The notes under the pieces: generated by a model | The model's database searches: none | What the model was told of the DNA's origin: nothing | The model's input: only the letters and a program-made list of their open reading frames with translations | Translations under genes and position numbers: made by a program | Source: Macrostomum lignano | Lineage: Eukaryota | Direction of reading: 5' to 3' | DNA length: 64,000 bases | Assembly (NCBI GenBank): GCA_002269645.1 | Contig: NIVC01000364.1 | Span: 1 to 64,000, forward strand | Shown here: positions 32,657 to 45,821 of the stretch, piece by piece | Layout: every line of letters starts with the position of its first letter | Numbering within the stretch: the stretch's first letter is position 1

Positions 32657-34189
32657 AATAAAGAACTGCTCAAGAGAACTTTAGCAAGACTTTGTACGCT
32701 CTCATTTTTTCCTGATGCCCGAGAGAGTACATGCACTCTTCGTACTTCACAAGCGGTACTTGTTTTAATGCGCAGATCGCAGACTTATTCAATTTTCTCT
32801 CATCATGTCGATATCCGCGATTTCTATTTGCAAGAGTTCACCTCCACAACAAATTAGAAAACATTTGCCAATCCGAAATCATGTTTTCGTGCATTTCTGG
32901 CTTACAAGTCCATGAGTTTTTAGCCGCGTTTGCTAGAAATCTGTCGCTTTGTTGTTTTTTGTTGCATGCACTTTTTCATCAGCTCATTGATGCGCCCGGT
33001 CATCTGTCTATACATTTATTATCCTATACCTATTATTAACATTTATTGCGTACTCATTTGGTGATGGATCTTATTGCTTGAACCTCCAATTGTTATTTTT
33101 ATTAATTACTCTTACCTGTACCTCTAAAGCGTTTATGCACTCTTAATGCCCCGGAATTTATGGAAAAAATACAAGCAGTGCGTATAGTACCTGAATCGTT
33201 CGATGGATTAAATTTAATTTTAATTAGTGCCAAGTACTCCTAAGGATAAAAAAACAAAACGACAGTAAAACAAATGTTTTATCTACACATGTACGAGCGT
33301 GTGGTTTTTTCTAGCACTAAAGCTGTCTAGAAATTACGGTTTTGGCACGAATTTAAATTCTATTTAGCCATTTAGTGAACGATTCTCATCTTCAATCACA
33401 TTATTAATGATTAAAACAAACACAATAGGCAGTATAACAAATATTGCTTAAAAGTATCTTTCGTATTATTCTTTAGCAGGCTACGATCGCTAGCTAAAAG
33501 CAAAAAAATTGACAGTAAAAACTGAGCAGCCAGCCTTCTGCTATCTGCTCAGGGTTTCAATTGAGCCATAGACTCAACTGATTATTAGCTGTACGCTCTC
33601 TCAATAGAAAACATTTTACTGCTTGCTCTTTTTCGACTCGAGGAGGGGGGGGGGTAACAGCGAGAGGGCAAATGCTGCAGATCACTACAGCATGCTTGAG
33701 AGTCAGCTCATATCTTTGTGGCTCACCCAAAGTGCCAGCTCGCTTAGTTTTCCAACAGCTTCATTGATAAGACGCCCGCCTCTGCCACTGGTAAAACCGG
33801 TCTCGGTGAACTTTGCCGCATTACTCTCGTGTTATAGTCACAGCTAGTCATTCAGTCACAGCGAAGTAACAGACAGTTGGGGCAGAACAAGGTCGATTGT
33901 GGTCGGCTAATGCACAATCTAAGGCTTCTTCTTGCTTAGTTTAACTTATGGGTTATAAGAATGGCAATTGGAGTCATAAAGTTCGATTCCCTTAGCCCTG
34001 CTAGTTGCTAGGACTACTCAAACTCGGAATGGCCTCTACATGTAACAGTTGATGTACAAGTAATAAGCTCTATCGTTCTACGAGTATTTGCAATTTTTAG
34101 GAGCTATAATGAAAGTAAAAAGTATTTTTATCATGCTTTAGTCAAAAAATGTAACCTGGCTATACCAGTCGTAACTGTCACTTGCTAGT

Positions 34190-34725
34190 ACTACACGGTC
34201 ACCAGTGCTATACTGTCACCAGTGCTACACGGTCACCAGTGCTACACGGTCACCAGTGCTACACGGTCACCAGTGCTACACGGTCACCAGTGCTACACGG
34301 TCACCAGTGCTATACTGTCACCAGTGCTACACGATCACCAGTGCTATACTTTCACCAGTGCTACACGATCACCAGTGCTACACGGTAACCAGTGCTACAC
34401 GGTCACCAGTGCTACACGGTCACCAGTGCTACACGGTCACCAGTGCTACACGGTCACCAGTGCTACACGGTCACCAGTGCTACACGGTCACCAGTGCTAC
34501 ACGATCACCAGTGCTATACTTTCACCAGTGCTACACGATCACCAGTGCTACACTGTCACCAGTGCTACACGATCACCAGTGCTATACTTTCACCAGTGCT
34601 ACACGATCACCAGTGCTACACGGTAACCAGTGCTACACGGTCACCAGTGCTACACGGTCACCAGTGCTACACGGTCACCAGTGCTACACGGTCACCAGTG
34701 CTACACGGTCACCAGTGCTACACGG
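34190..34725. repeat. 17-bp repeat CACGGTCACCAGTGCTA
   Basis: Direct reading. Confidence 0.96.
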
Positions 34726-34955
34726 TCACGAATGCCACACTGTGACCAGATAGACTCTGCAGAGTCAATAATCAATGTAATTCCATGCAACATATCCAAT
34801 TCCAGAGTGTCAGCACGAGGCAACAGCTCTGATGGGAAATTGTTTATTTAGTAGTTAACAATTTTGGTAAACCTACACCACAGAAGCCTTAAACAGTACT
34901 TAGATGTGTTTTATCGCTAATAACTGTCAATTTTTCTCTTCAACGCCCAGATACT

Positions 34956-37900
34956 CTATCTGGTCTTCCTCGACTGGATGACCTTGGGATGCGACAGCGC
35001 CTTGTGGGACTGGATCAGCATGAGCAGAGGAAACACAACCCACAGGAAGTTAAAGAAGAACAGGTGGAACCAAACTTTGAAGGGGTCGTCAGTCAGGTTC
35101 TTGTTGCCGGACAGCCACTCGGGTGCGAAAGTCATCCAGTCTGAAAACGAAGTCGAGAGGTTCTAGTTGACATGAATAGCAACACACCTCAGTCAAATTT
35201 AGTATACGTGGACTAGCAAATTAGACCCCGGGGGACCTAACCTTTCGTCGTGATCTCTTGAAAAACCACTAATATTAAATTTGAGAAGTTCCAAATCCTT
35301 ATAGTTCAGAATTTACCGCTGTCAGCAGAAAAATATCATTTCAAGAGTTTTAAAGTTTTCAGCATTTTTAGAGTCATATATACAGTATTCGTATTTTGAA
35401 GTGCTAAAAAGGCTGAATTATAGTGGCAATTTTTTAAAGAAAGATCAGAAAAGCGAAAGAAAAGATCAGAAAGCGATATATACTAGCTACTTATTAAGTA
35501 GTGCCGCCAACTTTGCTAAGATATTTCGGTTCTGTACAAAATCTTGTTACAAGTATTTATGACGAGTTAATCCATTTTTTAACTTACTCCCGTAGAGCTC
35601 GCAGGTGCAGAGTACGACTTGCATAAAGTGCCTATTAGGACTGTGAGTCTTAATGGCCCAGATGATTGCGAAACACAGACTGCCGTCTAGTAGCACGGTG
35701 ACAATCTCCATGGCAACGATGTTTTGCTCAGCCCACAGCCAGCGGACATCGGCGGCACCGTACTCCTTCCCTGGGGACGGCGAGGATGCGCTCAGGGGGA
35801 TCAGTTCAGAATTCAGCGATATAGGTTCAGGGAGAGTGATGGGTTCAGTTATGAGAAGTTAAGTCTGAATGTAATGCATAAAATCAAAAGGCGTTAAGAA
35901 GGCGTATTTTAATGAAGAATAAATTGACTTAGATCAATCATCCGCTTCATCATTGCTTACAAACGTGAGCCAGAGGTCCAGTAGCATTCTCCACCGTTGT
36001 AGTCAAAGAATAGTACACAAACCGACCCTCCTGCATAAATTAGATTGTTGAATACTAAATTAAGCGTTTAACTTTCCATATTTAAAAAAACTGCTTTTAA
36101 CAGTGTGTAACAATTTCCTAAACAATATTTTCACTAGGCCGAAATTTCACTTTGCCGAAAGCATCTTCCTTCATAAGGCCGAAACTTGATTAGGCTGAAA
36201 CTTCACTTTGCCGAAAAATCATTTAGCATAGTCTTTCTCTAGGCCGAAACTTCACTAGGCCGAAACTTCACTAGGCCGAAACTTCACTTTGCCGAAATGA
36301 CTAGCATGCTCTTTCAAAAGGCCGAAACTTCACTAGACCGAAACTTCGCTTTGCCGAAAAATCATTTTAGCAGCCTCTTTCACTAGGCCGAAACTTCACT
36401 AGGCCGAAACTTCACTAGGCCGAAACTTCACTAGGCCGAAACTTCACTAGGCCGAAACTTCACTAGGCCGAAAATTCACTAGGCCGAAACTTCACTAGGC
36501 CGAAATGACTAGCACGCTCTTTCATAAGGCCGAAACTTCACTAGGCCGAAATGACTAGCACGCTCTTTCATAAGGACGAAACTTCACTAGGCCGAAACTT
36601 CACTAGGCCGAAACTTCACTTTGCCGAAATGACTAGCACGCTCTTTCATAAGGCCGAAACTTCACTAGGCCGAAATGACTAGCACGCTCTTTCATAAGGA
36701 CGAAACTTCACTAGGCCGAAATGACTAGCACGCTCTTTCATAAGGACGAAACTTCACTAGGCCGAAATGACTATAGCACGCTCTTTCATAAGGACGAAAC
36801 TTCACTAGGCCGAAATGACTAGCACGCTCTTTCATAAGGACGAAACTTCACTAGGCCGAAATGACTATAGCACGCTCTTTCATAAGGACGAAACTTCACT
36901 AGGCCGAAATGACTAGCACGCTCTTTCATAAGGACGAAACTTCACTAGGCCGAAATGACTAGCACGCTCTTTCATAAGGACGAAACTTCACTAGGCCGAA
37001 ATGACTATAGCACGCTCTTTCATAAGGACGAAACTTCACTAGGCCGAAATGACTAGCACGCTCTTTCATAAGGACGAAACTTCACTAGGCCGAAATGACT
37101 ATAGCACGCTCTTTCATAAGGACGAAACTTCACTTTGCCGAAATGACTAGCACGCTCTTTCATAAGGCCGAAACTTCACTAGGCCGAAATGACTAGCACG
37201 CTCTTTCATAAGGACGAAACTTCACTAGGCCGAAATGACTAGCACGCTCTTTCATAAGGACGAAACTTCACTAGGCCGAAATGACTAGCACGCTCTTTCA
37301 TAAGGACGAAACTTCACTAGGCCGAAATGACTAGCACGCTCTTTCATAAGGACGAAACTTCACTAGGCCGAAATGACTAGCACGCTCTTTCATAAGGACG
37401 AAACTTCACTAGGCCGAAAAATCATTTTTGCAGCATCCTTACTAGTTACTATGGTCCAAAGGGGATGTGAACTTAAGCGTCCAAAATGGAACCGCAAGCA
37501 GTGACGATTTCTCTGCACCAGTTTCTTTATTCTGACCTAAGTGTTACTCTGCTACCAAAGTGGGCCAGCACGATATGGTCACTCAGTTTTTTGTATGGAA
37601 TATTTTTAACATTTCTGACTTCATTTGGGGGTTAACTTTGATTGCTTATTATTTTCATTGCATTTTCTGTCTCAGTCGGATGGACTTTTAAGTTGTAGAG
37701 TGCTCGTATGCTCGCATGGGCTCCTTTGAAAGTATGCAGATTTGCCTGGATTCCGATTCATAGAATATGCATGGCTCTTAGTCTCTAATTCTTTGGCTTC
37801 TGTGAAATTCAACCCGTATGGTTTTAGTATCAAAAAAGACAATGTACAATATTCTCTCTCCTCTCTTCCCCATTTTTTCTTAAATTGCTCGCTCATACCC

Positions 37901-39855
37901 TTCAGTCTAGCCGCTAGCGGGAACGAGCCCTATGCGGGCCTGGTCTGTTGTCTGTTATTGGTCTGTGCAAGGACCCGTAGATCTAGTAGGTTCTAGTTCT
38001 AGATCTCTAAGGACTGTTTAATGATTAATGATTAATTATAATTATTAATTATTAATCAATAATAATAATAATAATAATAATCATCATCATCATATAATGA
38101 TAATAATGATTAATGATTAAAGATTCAGTTTAATGTTACCATGTTAGTTTCGGCAAAGTGAAGTTTCGGCCTAGTGAAAGAGGCTGCTTTTCGGCGAAGT
38201 GAAATTTCGGCCTAATGAAAGCGCCCCCTAAGAACCACAAGTTTACAAGTTCACGTTCTATAAACACGAGATGGTCCTGGTCCTTTTACAGATGTAGTGG
38301 TCCCTGAGCACTCGTCGGTTTTGATCTTCTAGTGGTGCCTGGGAGGGGCTGGTTGTGGTCCTTCTAGTGGTGCCTGGGAGGGGCTGGTTGTGGTCCGTCT
38401 AGTGGTGCCTGGGAGGGGCTGGTTGTGGTCCTTCTAGTGGTGCCTGGGAGGGGCTGGTTGTGGTCCTTCTAGTGGTGCCTGGGGGGGGGCTGGTTGTGGT
38501 CCTTCTAGTGGTGCCTGGGAGGGGCTGGTTGTGGTCCTTCTAGTGGTGCCTGGGAGGGGCTGGTTGTGGTCCTTCTAGTGGTGCCTGGGAGGGGCTGGTT
38601 GTGGTCCTTCTAGTGGTGCCTGGGAGGGGCTGGTTGTGGTCCTTCTAGTGGTGCCTGGGAGGGGCTGGTTGTGGTCCTTCTAGTGGTGCCTGGGAGGGGC
38701 TGGTTGTGGTCCTTCTAGTGGTGCCTGGGAGGGGCTGGTTGTGGTCCTTCTAGTGGTGCCTGGGAGGGGCTGGTTGTGGTCCTTCTAGTGGTGCCTGGGA
38801 GGGGCTGGTTGTGGTCCTTCTAGTGGTGTCTGGGAGGGGCTGGTTCTGGTCCTTCTAGTGGTGCCTGGGAGAGGTTGGTTGTGGTCTGGTCCTTCTAGTG
38901 GTGCCTGGGAGGGGCTGGTTGTGGTCCTTCTAGTGGTATCTGGGAGGGGCTGGTTCTGGTCCTTCTAGTGGTGCCTAGGAGGAGTTGGTTGTGGTCCTCC
39001 TAGTAGTGTCTGGGAGAGGCTGGTTGTGGTCCTTCTAGTGGTGCCTGGGAGGGGCTGGTTGTGGTCCTTCTAGTGGTGCCTGGGAGAGGTTGGTTGTGGT
39101 CCTTCTAGTGGTGCCTGGGAGGAGTTGGTTGTGGTCTGGTCCTTCTAGTGGTGCCTGGGAAGTTGGTTGTGGTCCTTTTAGCGGTGCCTGGGAGGGGCTG
39201 GTTGTGGTCCTTCTAGTGGTGTCTGGGAGGGGCTGGTTGTGGTCCTTCTAGTGGTGCCTGGGAGGAGTTGGTTGTGGTCTGGTCCTTCTAGTGGTGCCTG
39301 GGAAGTTGGTTGTGGTCCTTTTAGCGGTGCCTGGGAGGGGCTGGTTGTGGTCCTCCTAGTAGTGTCTGGGAGAGGCTGGTTCTGGTCCTTCTAGTGGTGC
39401 CTGGGAGGGGCTGGTTGTGGTCCTTCTAGTGGTGCCTGGGAGGGGCTGGTTGTGGTGCTTCTAGTGGTGCCTGGGAGAGGTTGGTTGTGGTCTGGTCCTT
39501 CTAGTGGTGCCTGGGAAGTTGGTTGTGGTCCTTTTAGCGGTGCCTGGGAGGGGTTGGTTGTGGTCCTTCTAGTAGTGTCTGGGAGGGGTTGGTTCTGGTC
39601 CTTCTACCGGACATTTTGTCGGCGGTTGACCCCGTTTAGACGTCCTTGGGCAGCCGCTAGCTAGGCAGTAAGAGCAAAACTTACCATAAGGAAGTGTGTG
39701 AGGCCGTTGTAGACTAGCCAGAACACCAGCAGGCGCTCGTTAGTTTTCACTAGCCGGAAAGCTGCTAGACCGGCGATGGCCACGTAGACAACCACCTCGG
39801 CCAGGCCCAGGCCAAGCTCGGGCGTCCACTTGATTGAATCCAGCACGGCTTGCAT
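34956..39855 (-). CDS. EBPL: Emopamil-binding-protein-like (EXPERA domain) ER membrane protein; exons 39855-39685, 36030-35961, 35770-35588, 35140-34956 (609 nt, 202 aa)
   Basis: The spliced product FWLVYNGLTHFLM|EGRFVYYS...|WKEYGAADVRW...MEIVTVLLDGSL...RHFMQVVLCTCELYG|NWMTFAPEWL...FFFNFLWVVFP matches EBPL motifs. GT-AG introns, phases 0,1,1. Exons 2-4 are missing from the ORF track. Confidence 0.9.
36129..38220. mobile_element. Foldback-like element with AGGCCGAAACTTCACT arrays in inverted orientation
   Basis: The array at 36129-37430 (16-bp unit plus ~48-bp higher-order unit) is mirrored in reverse complement at 38147-38220. No TSD seen. Confidence 0.55.
37461..37520 (+). mobile_element. 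Solo left end of a second Spy-like family
   Basis: AAA|GGGGATGTGAACTTAAGCG matches the 49400 terminus at 18/19 nt and is likewise preceded by AAA. No matching right end was found. Confidence 0.55.
38325..39605. repeat. 35-bp minisatellite GGTCCTTCTAGTGGTGCCTGGGAGGGGCTGGTTGT (EBPL intron 1)
   Basis: Direct reading. Confidence 0.97.
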
Positions 39856-40469
39856 GCTTTTATCGTGATTTTAGATTGCTTGATTACTAGTTTGTTTTAG
39901 GGGTTGATAAATGGTTTGTTAGCTCCTACAAATAGAGGCTAGTAAAAAATTCTACTTTTTCTAGCCAACCAAGCCCCAAACCTTTAACAGACGGAAATCT
40001 AGCCAAGCTGAATTAAACTGAACTTGCTGACTACTGCAAAACTAGTAGCGAGCGGGGGGGGTAGAGTTCGTTCAGAGCCGACAGCAGCAATGTACACTCC
40101 GCGCAGTGGTGCTGAGTGTACATTGGCCCTCCCTCCCCTCTCTGTCCAACTCCCAGTCCAGGTGTACGAAGATAGCATTGAATAGTAAAAAAGCTGATAA
40201 CAGCTCAACGCTGCTCAAGCAAGATAGGAACTGCGTTACAAAAACAAGTTTTACGAGCTACTACTGGAATTTTTTTACTAATATTAGTACAGTACAGCAT
40301 ACATACTAGCAATCTTCGCCCCCCGATGGGGGACATCTGGATAGTCAGGATAGAATCCTTGTTCTTTACAAATAAAGACTCCAAGAGAAATAACAAATAG
40401 ACAGCGAAATAAAGCCTTCATGAAAAAGCAACAGACATTTCCTCTAAAAACAAAACATCCCAAGACAGC

Positions 40470-40650
40470 AAGCATCCCCAGACAGCATTCAAGCATCGAT
40501 CCCTAAATAGCAAACATCACCCAGACTGCAAGCATCCCCCAGATAGCAAGCATCCACCCGATAGCAAGCAACCCCAGATAGCAAGCATCCACCCGATAGC
40601 AAGCAACCCCAGATAGCAAGCATCCCCCAGATAGCAAGCATCCCCCCACG
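40470..40650. repeat. ~18-bp repeat CAGATAGCAAGCATCCCC
   Basis: Direct reading. Similar motif at ~11420-11460. Confidence 0.8.
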
Positions 40651-40967
40651 CCAAAAAGGTTACACCCCCACCAGTCCATAAAATACAAGGACTGAATACA
40701 TAAACATCCCCAGGTAAAACTTTGGCACCCCCAAAATGAAAATCCTGGATACAACACTGTTCGAAGAGACGGTTCTACTAATGATAATTAATAAGGATAT
40801 TTTCGTTCCAGAGTACTGAGTTCAGCCAAAAGCACCAAATTTAGTATATGGTGGGCTAGTAAATTAGACTCCTCCAGCTGGTGGCAGCTAACCTTTCGTG
40901 ATCCGTCCACATGCACATACTTAGTCGTTAGTCAGTTGCATGAAGCTTTGGCGCTGCCCATCTTCTA

Positions 40968-42387
40968 GGTGAGTCATTTTCCCGGTGATCTTTTCCCGGT
41001 GACTTTTTCCCGGTGGACCTTTTCCCGGTGACGCTTTACCGATGACGTTTTCCTAGTGGACGTTTTACCGATGACGTTTCTCTGGTGGACGTCTTACCCA
41101 TAGGCGTAGGAACAGGGGGGGGGGGGGCAGTGGGGCCATGGCCCCCCACTTTTCAAAATGGGGGGGGGCAGTAATGGTATCTGGCCCCTCCACATTTTAA
41201 ATGTAAAATGTAGACTTCTTGCTTATTTTTGGTTTTTGCTGCTTTGCATGAATGCATTTTGCTGCAGGGCGACAAAACATAGCGCCTGTAGCGCCAAAAT
41301 GAGTGCCTGCAGCGCTAAAATGCGGGCCTGCGGCGCCAAAATGAGTGCCTGCAGCGCTAAAATGCGGGCCTGCGGCGCTAAAATGAGTGCCTGCGGCGCT
41401 AAAATGAGTGCCTGCGGCGCCAAAATGAGTGCCTGCAGCGCTAAAATGCGGGTCGGCGGCGCTAAAATGAGTGCCTCCGGCGCTAAAATGAGTGCCTGCG
41501 GCACTTTATAAAATGAGTGCTGACAAGATGGATTCTGAAAATAATCGGTACATGATAATGTGCATTTTCCATATAAAAAAATCTAACTCGACGGGGGCGT
41601 GCGCCCTGTGCGCCCCCCCCCCCTAAATCCGTCACTGAACCTGCCCCCCCCCCCAGTTTTTGAAACGTTCCTACGCCTATGGTTTTTCCGATGACGTTTT
41701 TCTGGTGGACGCACCGATGAAGTTTTCCTAGTGGACCTTTTCACGGTGACCTTCTACCGGTTATCTTTTCCCGTGAGACCTTTTCCCAGAGACGTTTTAC
41801 CGATGACGTTTCCCTGGTGGACGTTTTACCGATGACGTTTCCCTGGTGGACGCAAGGACTACTTAAGTATACGTTACTTTAGTCGTCCTTGGGTGGACGT
41901 TCTACCGATGAAGTTGTACCGATGACGTTTTATCGGTCAGGTTTGCCTGACAACATTTGCTTTGGTGATGAAAATACTTAGGACTGCGTCCTAATAATAA
42001 CGGCAAGGACTACTTAAGTAGTATATATACGTTACTTTAGTCGTCCTTGAATAACTGCAGCAAATGTAATAACGGAATATAATAATAAAAAGTCAATAGA
42101 AAAAATTATTAAGAACACTATCATTCTACTAATAGTAACACGTACGGTGAGAGCCCAATGTGTAGTTGTTATTGTAGACATATGATAGTAAAAAGCACGT
42201 TTTCATCACAAAGCTTACTAAAAACAGTTAGCCAGAGACAGCTGTTAATACGAGCTAGCCTGACGACTATTTAAAAGCTCAGGGACTTTCGTGCAGGTAT
42301 CAGTGAAACTACGAATAGGTTAATCGTCCCAGGGAAAACGTCACTGTGAAAACGTCACCGTGAAAATGTCACCGGAAAAAAGTTAAC
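40968..42387. mobile_element. Foldback-like element with inverted subterminal GACGTTTT(A/C)CCG/GGTGAC arrays
   Basis: Motif runs at 40975-41098 and 41682-41940 are mirrored in reverse complement at 42330-42385. Boundaries are approximate. Confidence 0.5.
41099..41681. mobile_element. hAT-type non-autonomous element (MITE)
   Basis: 15-bp TIR CATAGGCGTAGGAAC/GTTCCTACGCCTATG. Degenerate 8-bp TSD GTCTTACC/GTTTTTCC. Internal 21-bp tandem repeat GGCGCTAAAATGAGTGCCTGC at ~41280-41520. Confidence 0.75.
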
Positions 42388-43192
42388 GGAGCGGGCAAGA
42401 ATTACAGACCCACCGAAAATCAAGGCCGCAGTCAACCCACAGCCAACGAGGAGGCAAACAATATCCTCATTCCGCTGATCCCTGAGCACGCGCACGGATA
42501 AGTACACATCCAATGAGTGCACAGCGGCCCCGACTTTCGCGTCTGTGCCTTGGTGGTTGACTCGGGTGAGCGTGAATTGCAAGACAAGCCGCCCCCAGGC
42601 CAGTTTGCTGTGCACGAGTTAAGTATTAAATGTGGCCATGGGCGAGACGTGTGGGTTACTCTCAGCTAGCCCTCCCGCATATTTCCTAACGGCATTGTTG
42701 CTGTACCGGCGTAGAACACAAAGTTTATCCAGCTGGTTCAAATATGGCTAGCACTTTTTGGGAGATGTAGGAGCAACAAAAGGCAAAGAATTATATAAAC
42801 TCTGGAAACTGTTGTTCCCCGTATGATTCAGTGTGGTATCTTCGTTTCCTAGAAAAGGAAGTTGATCAATATTAGTGAATTTTATTTAAACAGTAATTCA
42901 ACAGTATATTGCACACAGAGCGTGGCTTTTACGTATATCTACAGGAAAAATTGTTAAATGAACCAATACAAGCTGCATGACATGCACGTTCAGAACAATA
43001 CATCCGAAGTTGAAAATTTTAATTGGATAAACCCAGCCAAATAATGCACCGATATGCAATTTGTTTTTTTTGTATGTATCAGACTCTGGTAATTAACAAC
43101 AAATAAACCTTGCTCTGACCTTAAGAGAAATTAATTATCTCGAGTAATATACGAGCTAATATGAATGTAATGTAAATGTAACATGAAAAACT

Positions 43193-43717
43193 TCAAGAAG
43201 CCGGTGACCTTAAAAATCCAGCATTTTCAACACCTTTTAGGCCAGTCGACGGCACTTCGAGATGCAGCGACTGCTCTTGACGAATATCCGGCTCCTCCTG
43301 CTTCTGCTGCTGCTGCTGCTGCTGCATGGCGATGCGGCTCATTCGTCGGTGCTGAGCCAGCGCCGCCGCCCTGGCCGTCACGCTATCCAGCGACACCACC
43401 GACGAGTCGTCTTCATCGTCATCATCTTCGTCTTCATCGTCGTCGGCGTTGTCTCCGTAGCTTCTACCTGCAGCTTCCTGTCCAGAAGCGGCTGGCGGTC
43501 CATGAGCTGCCGGAGATCTTCGGCGACGACGTCGCGAGATTGCGATGCAATTGGCGACCGTCACGGCAAGTAGCAGCAGAACGATGGTCAGCACGAACAT
43601 GATCACCGCGACCAGCAGGTTGCCTGATTCGGAGTTGTCCCGACCTTTTGCTTCGTTGCTGCCAGGCGGTTCCGGGTAGGTTTTGTCGCAGGACAGCCAC
43701 GACTGGTTGCCACCCAT
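43193..43717 (-). CDS. Hypothetical single-pass membrane protein (174 aa from ATG 43717)
   Basis: Hydrophobic stretch LLVAVIMFVLTIVLLLLAVTVANCIAI followed by RRRRRR (positive-inside rule), an acidic tract and polyQ. GC-rich ORF in AT-rich flanks. Confidence 0.7.
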   Translation of the reverse strand: MGGNQSWLSCDKTYPEPPGSNEAKGRDNSESGNLLVAVIMFVLTIVLLLLAVTVANCIAISRRRRRRSPAAHGPPAASGQEAAGRSYGDNADDDEDEDDDDEDDSSVVSLDSVTARAAALAQHRRMSRIAMQQQQQQQKQEEPDIRQEQSLHLEVPSTGLKGVENAGFLRSPAS

Positions 43718-45821
43718 TGTTGGCAGATTGAGCAATCTAGCTTCAGATCTTGATTGCGGGTTTGAAAAGACGCTCCGTTGGAGTTTGAAAACCCCTTGCT
43801 CGTAGATCTGTGGTTTGAGTTGCGAGTGCCAAGATGCGTGAGTTGATTGGTTGCGTCAGTGTTAGGTTTTGCCTGCTTGATTCTACACGTATTCGACACC
43901 TTCCTGGACGAACCATTCATTCATTGACGCATTGACATATAAAGGCCTATCTATCTGGCGTTAAATGCCCGTTTAGGTCTAATTTTTCCCTAGCTGGTTC
44001 TTATTGCAATCAATTTCAGGATAGCCGTCTACTTGACGGGTTTCTGGTTAAATTTGATTGCAGGATGGCTGTCTACCTGAAAGGCTTCTGGTTAAATTTG
44101 ATGCAGGATGGCTGTCCAACAGGTCTCAGCAGGTTTACGAATGTCGAGCTGCTTATTATAAGGTTTATCTGATTTCTTCACAGACAGCTATAATTACCTG
44201 TATTAATTATTTGAATGGCCTTACGGAAGCGGTTTCACCTGTACGTACAAGCAGATTTTTTAGTACAGTGTACACAGAATGTAATTACCGGTAGTTCACT
44301 GACTGCCTTTCACTTCGAAACACTCAAATCCGTGTTGTACCGCTTTATCAAAGCCTTTCAGACAACACTCGATCGTCAACGCAGTTTTGTAGTGGCGATC
44401 GATATAGACCAAAACCAATCGATTCCCTGACTCGAGAGCGAGGCCGCGGGATTTGCAATATCGGCCTCCCTTACCTTACCCTCCACCCACCACCCCGACG
44501 TGGTGTCTGTTATCTGGAGCAAACAAATCAAAATCATTCCCAACTCAAAACCACCTGGCAGAGCGCTCAGCGCTGCACGGATGCCGCCACCAAAGCTGCT
44601 CATGCCTTCCAATTCAATCTATAAAGGCTTTTTTTCTCCGCAACTGTGTCTAGCCGGCATGAGCCCCCTCCCCGCCTGTATGAGCATGCGCTCACAGTGC
44701 CTTGGCAGCAGTTCAGGAAGGAAGTGGGCAAATATTGCTCAGGGGAGCAGCAACTCTTGTGGCACAAACTGCTCTATACTTACATGCACTGCATTTCATT
44801 GGTACGCGGGGCCAAGGGCATGAAATTTCCCTTAATAAAGTTAACAAAAAAATTAAAATTTTCATACTGCGCGCCAATATTCAATATGGTAAACTTTGTT
44901 ATTGGCTTGTTATGACGGAATTACATAGAGATAATTTCAACTAGTCATTTATTTCTCAATTATGTTTCTGCTCATCTGCTCAAAAACATAAACTCGACTC
45001 CGGATCAAGTGACAGTACGAGCTGGATGCGAGAGCAAAGTGGAACAGCTGAGTAGAGCAGCTGGATGTCGGACAGGAGACACAGTGAAGCGCTCAAAATA
45101 CACGAGGGATAAAATCCCCATGCAGGTAGACGAGTACAATAAAAAATGAGTTTCGCGCAACAATAAAACAAAACATCATTTCAAAAGCTATAAATTTTTT
45201 TAAATATAGTGGGCGAATAGGTCGATATAAGTATTTTGTATATACAGGCAATAAATTGGGTGTCTGAATCTTAATTTACCATAGTACATAACTTGGAATG
45301 TGTTTGCATATCATCATGCCCTAGCTACTAATGCACAGCCAGTGGTCTGAAAAAATGGTGCAACTGCGGAATGTATATCATTAAATTTAGGTGTAAAAAG
45401 TAAAAAAACACGATACTTTGCTACTCACAGTAGGTTTAGAGCGACAACGCGTATTACTCACATTTGGTACAAATTAGATTTAATGAAGTTCGCTTAAAGT
45501 AGTGCGCTTCCACTGGGCTTATTTCAACGGTGAAGTAAAACAGTCTACTGTCCTTAAGTGCAACCTGTACTAATAAATTACAGAGAACCAAGTGTCATGA
45601 ACTTTTCTAAAGCTTTGATTTTAGTCGCCCAATGAACCGACTATTGAAAACGCTAGACACCAATTCGTATATAACTATATACTAATAACAGTAGCTAAGT
45701 AAGTAACTTTATATTCGGCAAAGCATTGGATAAAAGGTCCATCGGATGCGAAGGGTCAGCTGGAAACGCAAACAGACATATGAAGCATCAACATGGATTA
45801 CAATGTGGGATTACGGGAGGA

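Noticed and set aside
36230-37430. Hammerhead ribozyme array suggested by GGCCGAAAC/GGACGAAAC
   Set aside because: No CUGANGA core on either strand, and no stem II partner for these motifs.
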